A stretch of DNA of 64,000 nt from Utricularia gibba (taxonomy: Eukaryota > Plantae > Magnoliophyta), in the NCBI GenBank assembly GCA_002189035.1, contig NEEC01000136.1, forward strand, positions 1 to 64,000. Reading direction: 5' to 3'. Under the pieces are notes generated by a model that did no database searches, was not told the origin of the DNA, and worked only from the letters and a program-made list of their open reading frames with translations. Made by a program: the position numbers and the translations under genes. Positions 63,501 to 64,000 of this stretch are shown in pieces. Position 1 is the first letter of the stretch. The number at the start of each line of letters is the position of its first letter.

Positions 63501-64000
63501 CCCAAATGCTTTTTTCAACAGCATGCTATACACTTGAGAAGGCGCTTTTGTGGGTCACCGAGATCGGGCCGGAATTCGGGTCGAGCTCGGGCCCAAAGTC
63601 AGCTGTAGCCCGACAAAAGAAGTGATGCATTTATTAACGTTGGGTTGTCGGCGGCTGCCCACATGGTTTTTCAAGCAACAGCTTGCCGTTTTAAGGCGGG
63701 TGCTGTCGTTGGCAGCTTTGTAAGGGCCCAAGGTTTGGTCTGGCTCCTGAGCCCAATCGGGTCCTACTCGATGAAAATCGTGATGCATTTAATGAAGTTA
63801 GGATGTCATGAGCGCCCCAAATGGTTTTCTCAACAACCTGATTTATATTTGACGAGGTGCTCTAGGCTGGCACTAGTATCGAGCAAATGGTCGAGTCGCG
63901 CTCTGGCCCATAGTCATTTTAGCCCGGCCAAAAAAGTGATGCATTTATTAACGTTGGGTTTTCGGCGGCTGCCTACATGCTTTTTCAAGGAAAAGTTGTC
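48549..64000 (+). repeat. Domain 5: SacI-allele AB dimer (628 bp in clean copies) with sporadic complete or eroded D/C monomers
   Basis: Clean periods include 54560-55188 and 61807-62435 (both 628 bp). Alleles match domain 2. D/C remnants start at 50878, 51689, 55589, 60125 and 62905. Confidence 0.9.

Larger units (their letters stand above)
1..64000 (+). repeat. Tandem satellite DNA array, ~313-314 bp monomer (about 200 copies), all in one orientation
   Basis: GTGATGCATTTAT(T/C)AACGTTGG recurs every ~313 bp (198, 513, 825, 1137...) from the first to the last line. I saw no reversed monomer and no non-repeat sequence. GC is roughly 50% (hand count of two half-units: 48% and 46%). Confidence 0.99.

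Noticed and set aside
110-63788. Hundreds of 60-196 aa ORFs on both strands, including Cys-rich MMHLLTLGFRR...GGCCCW and His-rich MHHDFHR peptides
   Set aside because: They are recurrent translations of the repeat, overlap in all frames, change with 1-bp indels and show no recognisable domain. The longest (34902-35492, 196 aa) is a chance read-through.
1-64000. CRISPR array
   Set aside because: There are no unique spacers and no cas genes; the sequence between conserved boxes is itself repeated.
1-64000. 5S rDNA, tRNA, snRNA or spliced-leader tandem gene array
   Set aside because: No recognisable 5S coding region, cloverleaf or ordered internal promoter boxes. Short likenesses (TAGGATG, GGGTCACC) are not in the 5S arrangement.
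1-64000. Rolling-circle or amplification concatemer artefact of a single template
   Set aside because: Structured, position-specific linked substitutions and distinct HOR domains cannot come from copying one template.
1-64000. Transposon insertion or orientation switch within the array
   Set aside because: I scanned for these and found none: every segment maps to a repeat half-unit on the + strand.

Overview
The whole 64 kb is one uninterrupted, head-to-tail, single-orientation satellite DNA array. I found no genes, transposon insertions, inversions or unique sequence, and every ORF in the track is a translation of the repeat. The array is nested. A ~157 bp ancestral unit is doubled into a ~313-314 bp monomer, and diverged monomers (A = halves a1+a2, B = b1+b2, plus an extra d2+c1 monomer I call D/C) form higher-order repeats (HORs) in discrete domains: an AB dimer of ~628 bp (1-17.5 kb); an allele-shifted AB dimer with eroded D/C insertions (17.5-23.4 kb); a sharply defined 5-mer HOR of ~1570 bp (23.5-36.4 kb, 8 units); a 3-mer HOR of ~940 bp (37.1-48.5 kb, 12 units); and again the allele-shifted dimer with sporadic D/C (48.5-64 kb). 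Monomer length, the SacI site and an embedded plant telomere motif (GGGTTTAGGG) suggest a plant subtelomeric satellite like the ~313 bp SacI/X43.1 family of Silene latifolia. That identification is from memory and is not verified by alignment. Frequent 1-bp homopolymer deletions and several smeared monomers suggest a noisy long-read consensus, so some fine structure may be assembly artefact. I see no evidence for a new protein- or RNA-coding system. The interest is the multi-level HOR architecture and the visible recombination junctions.
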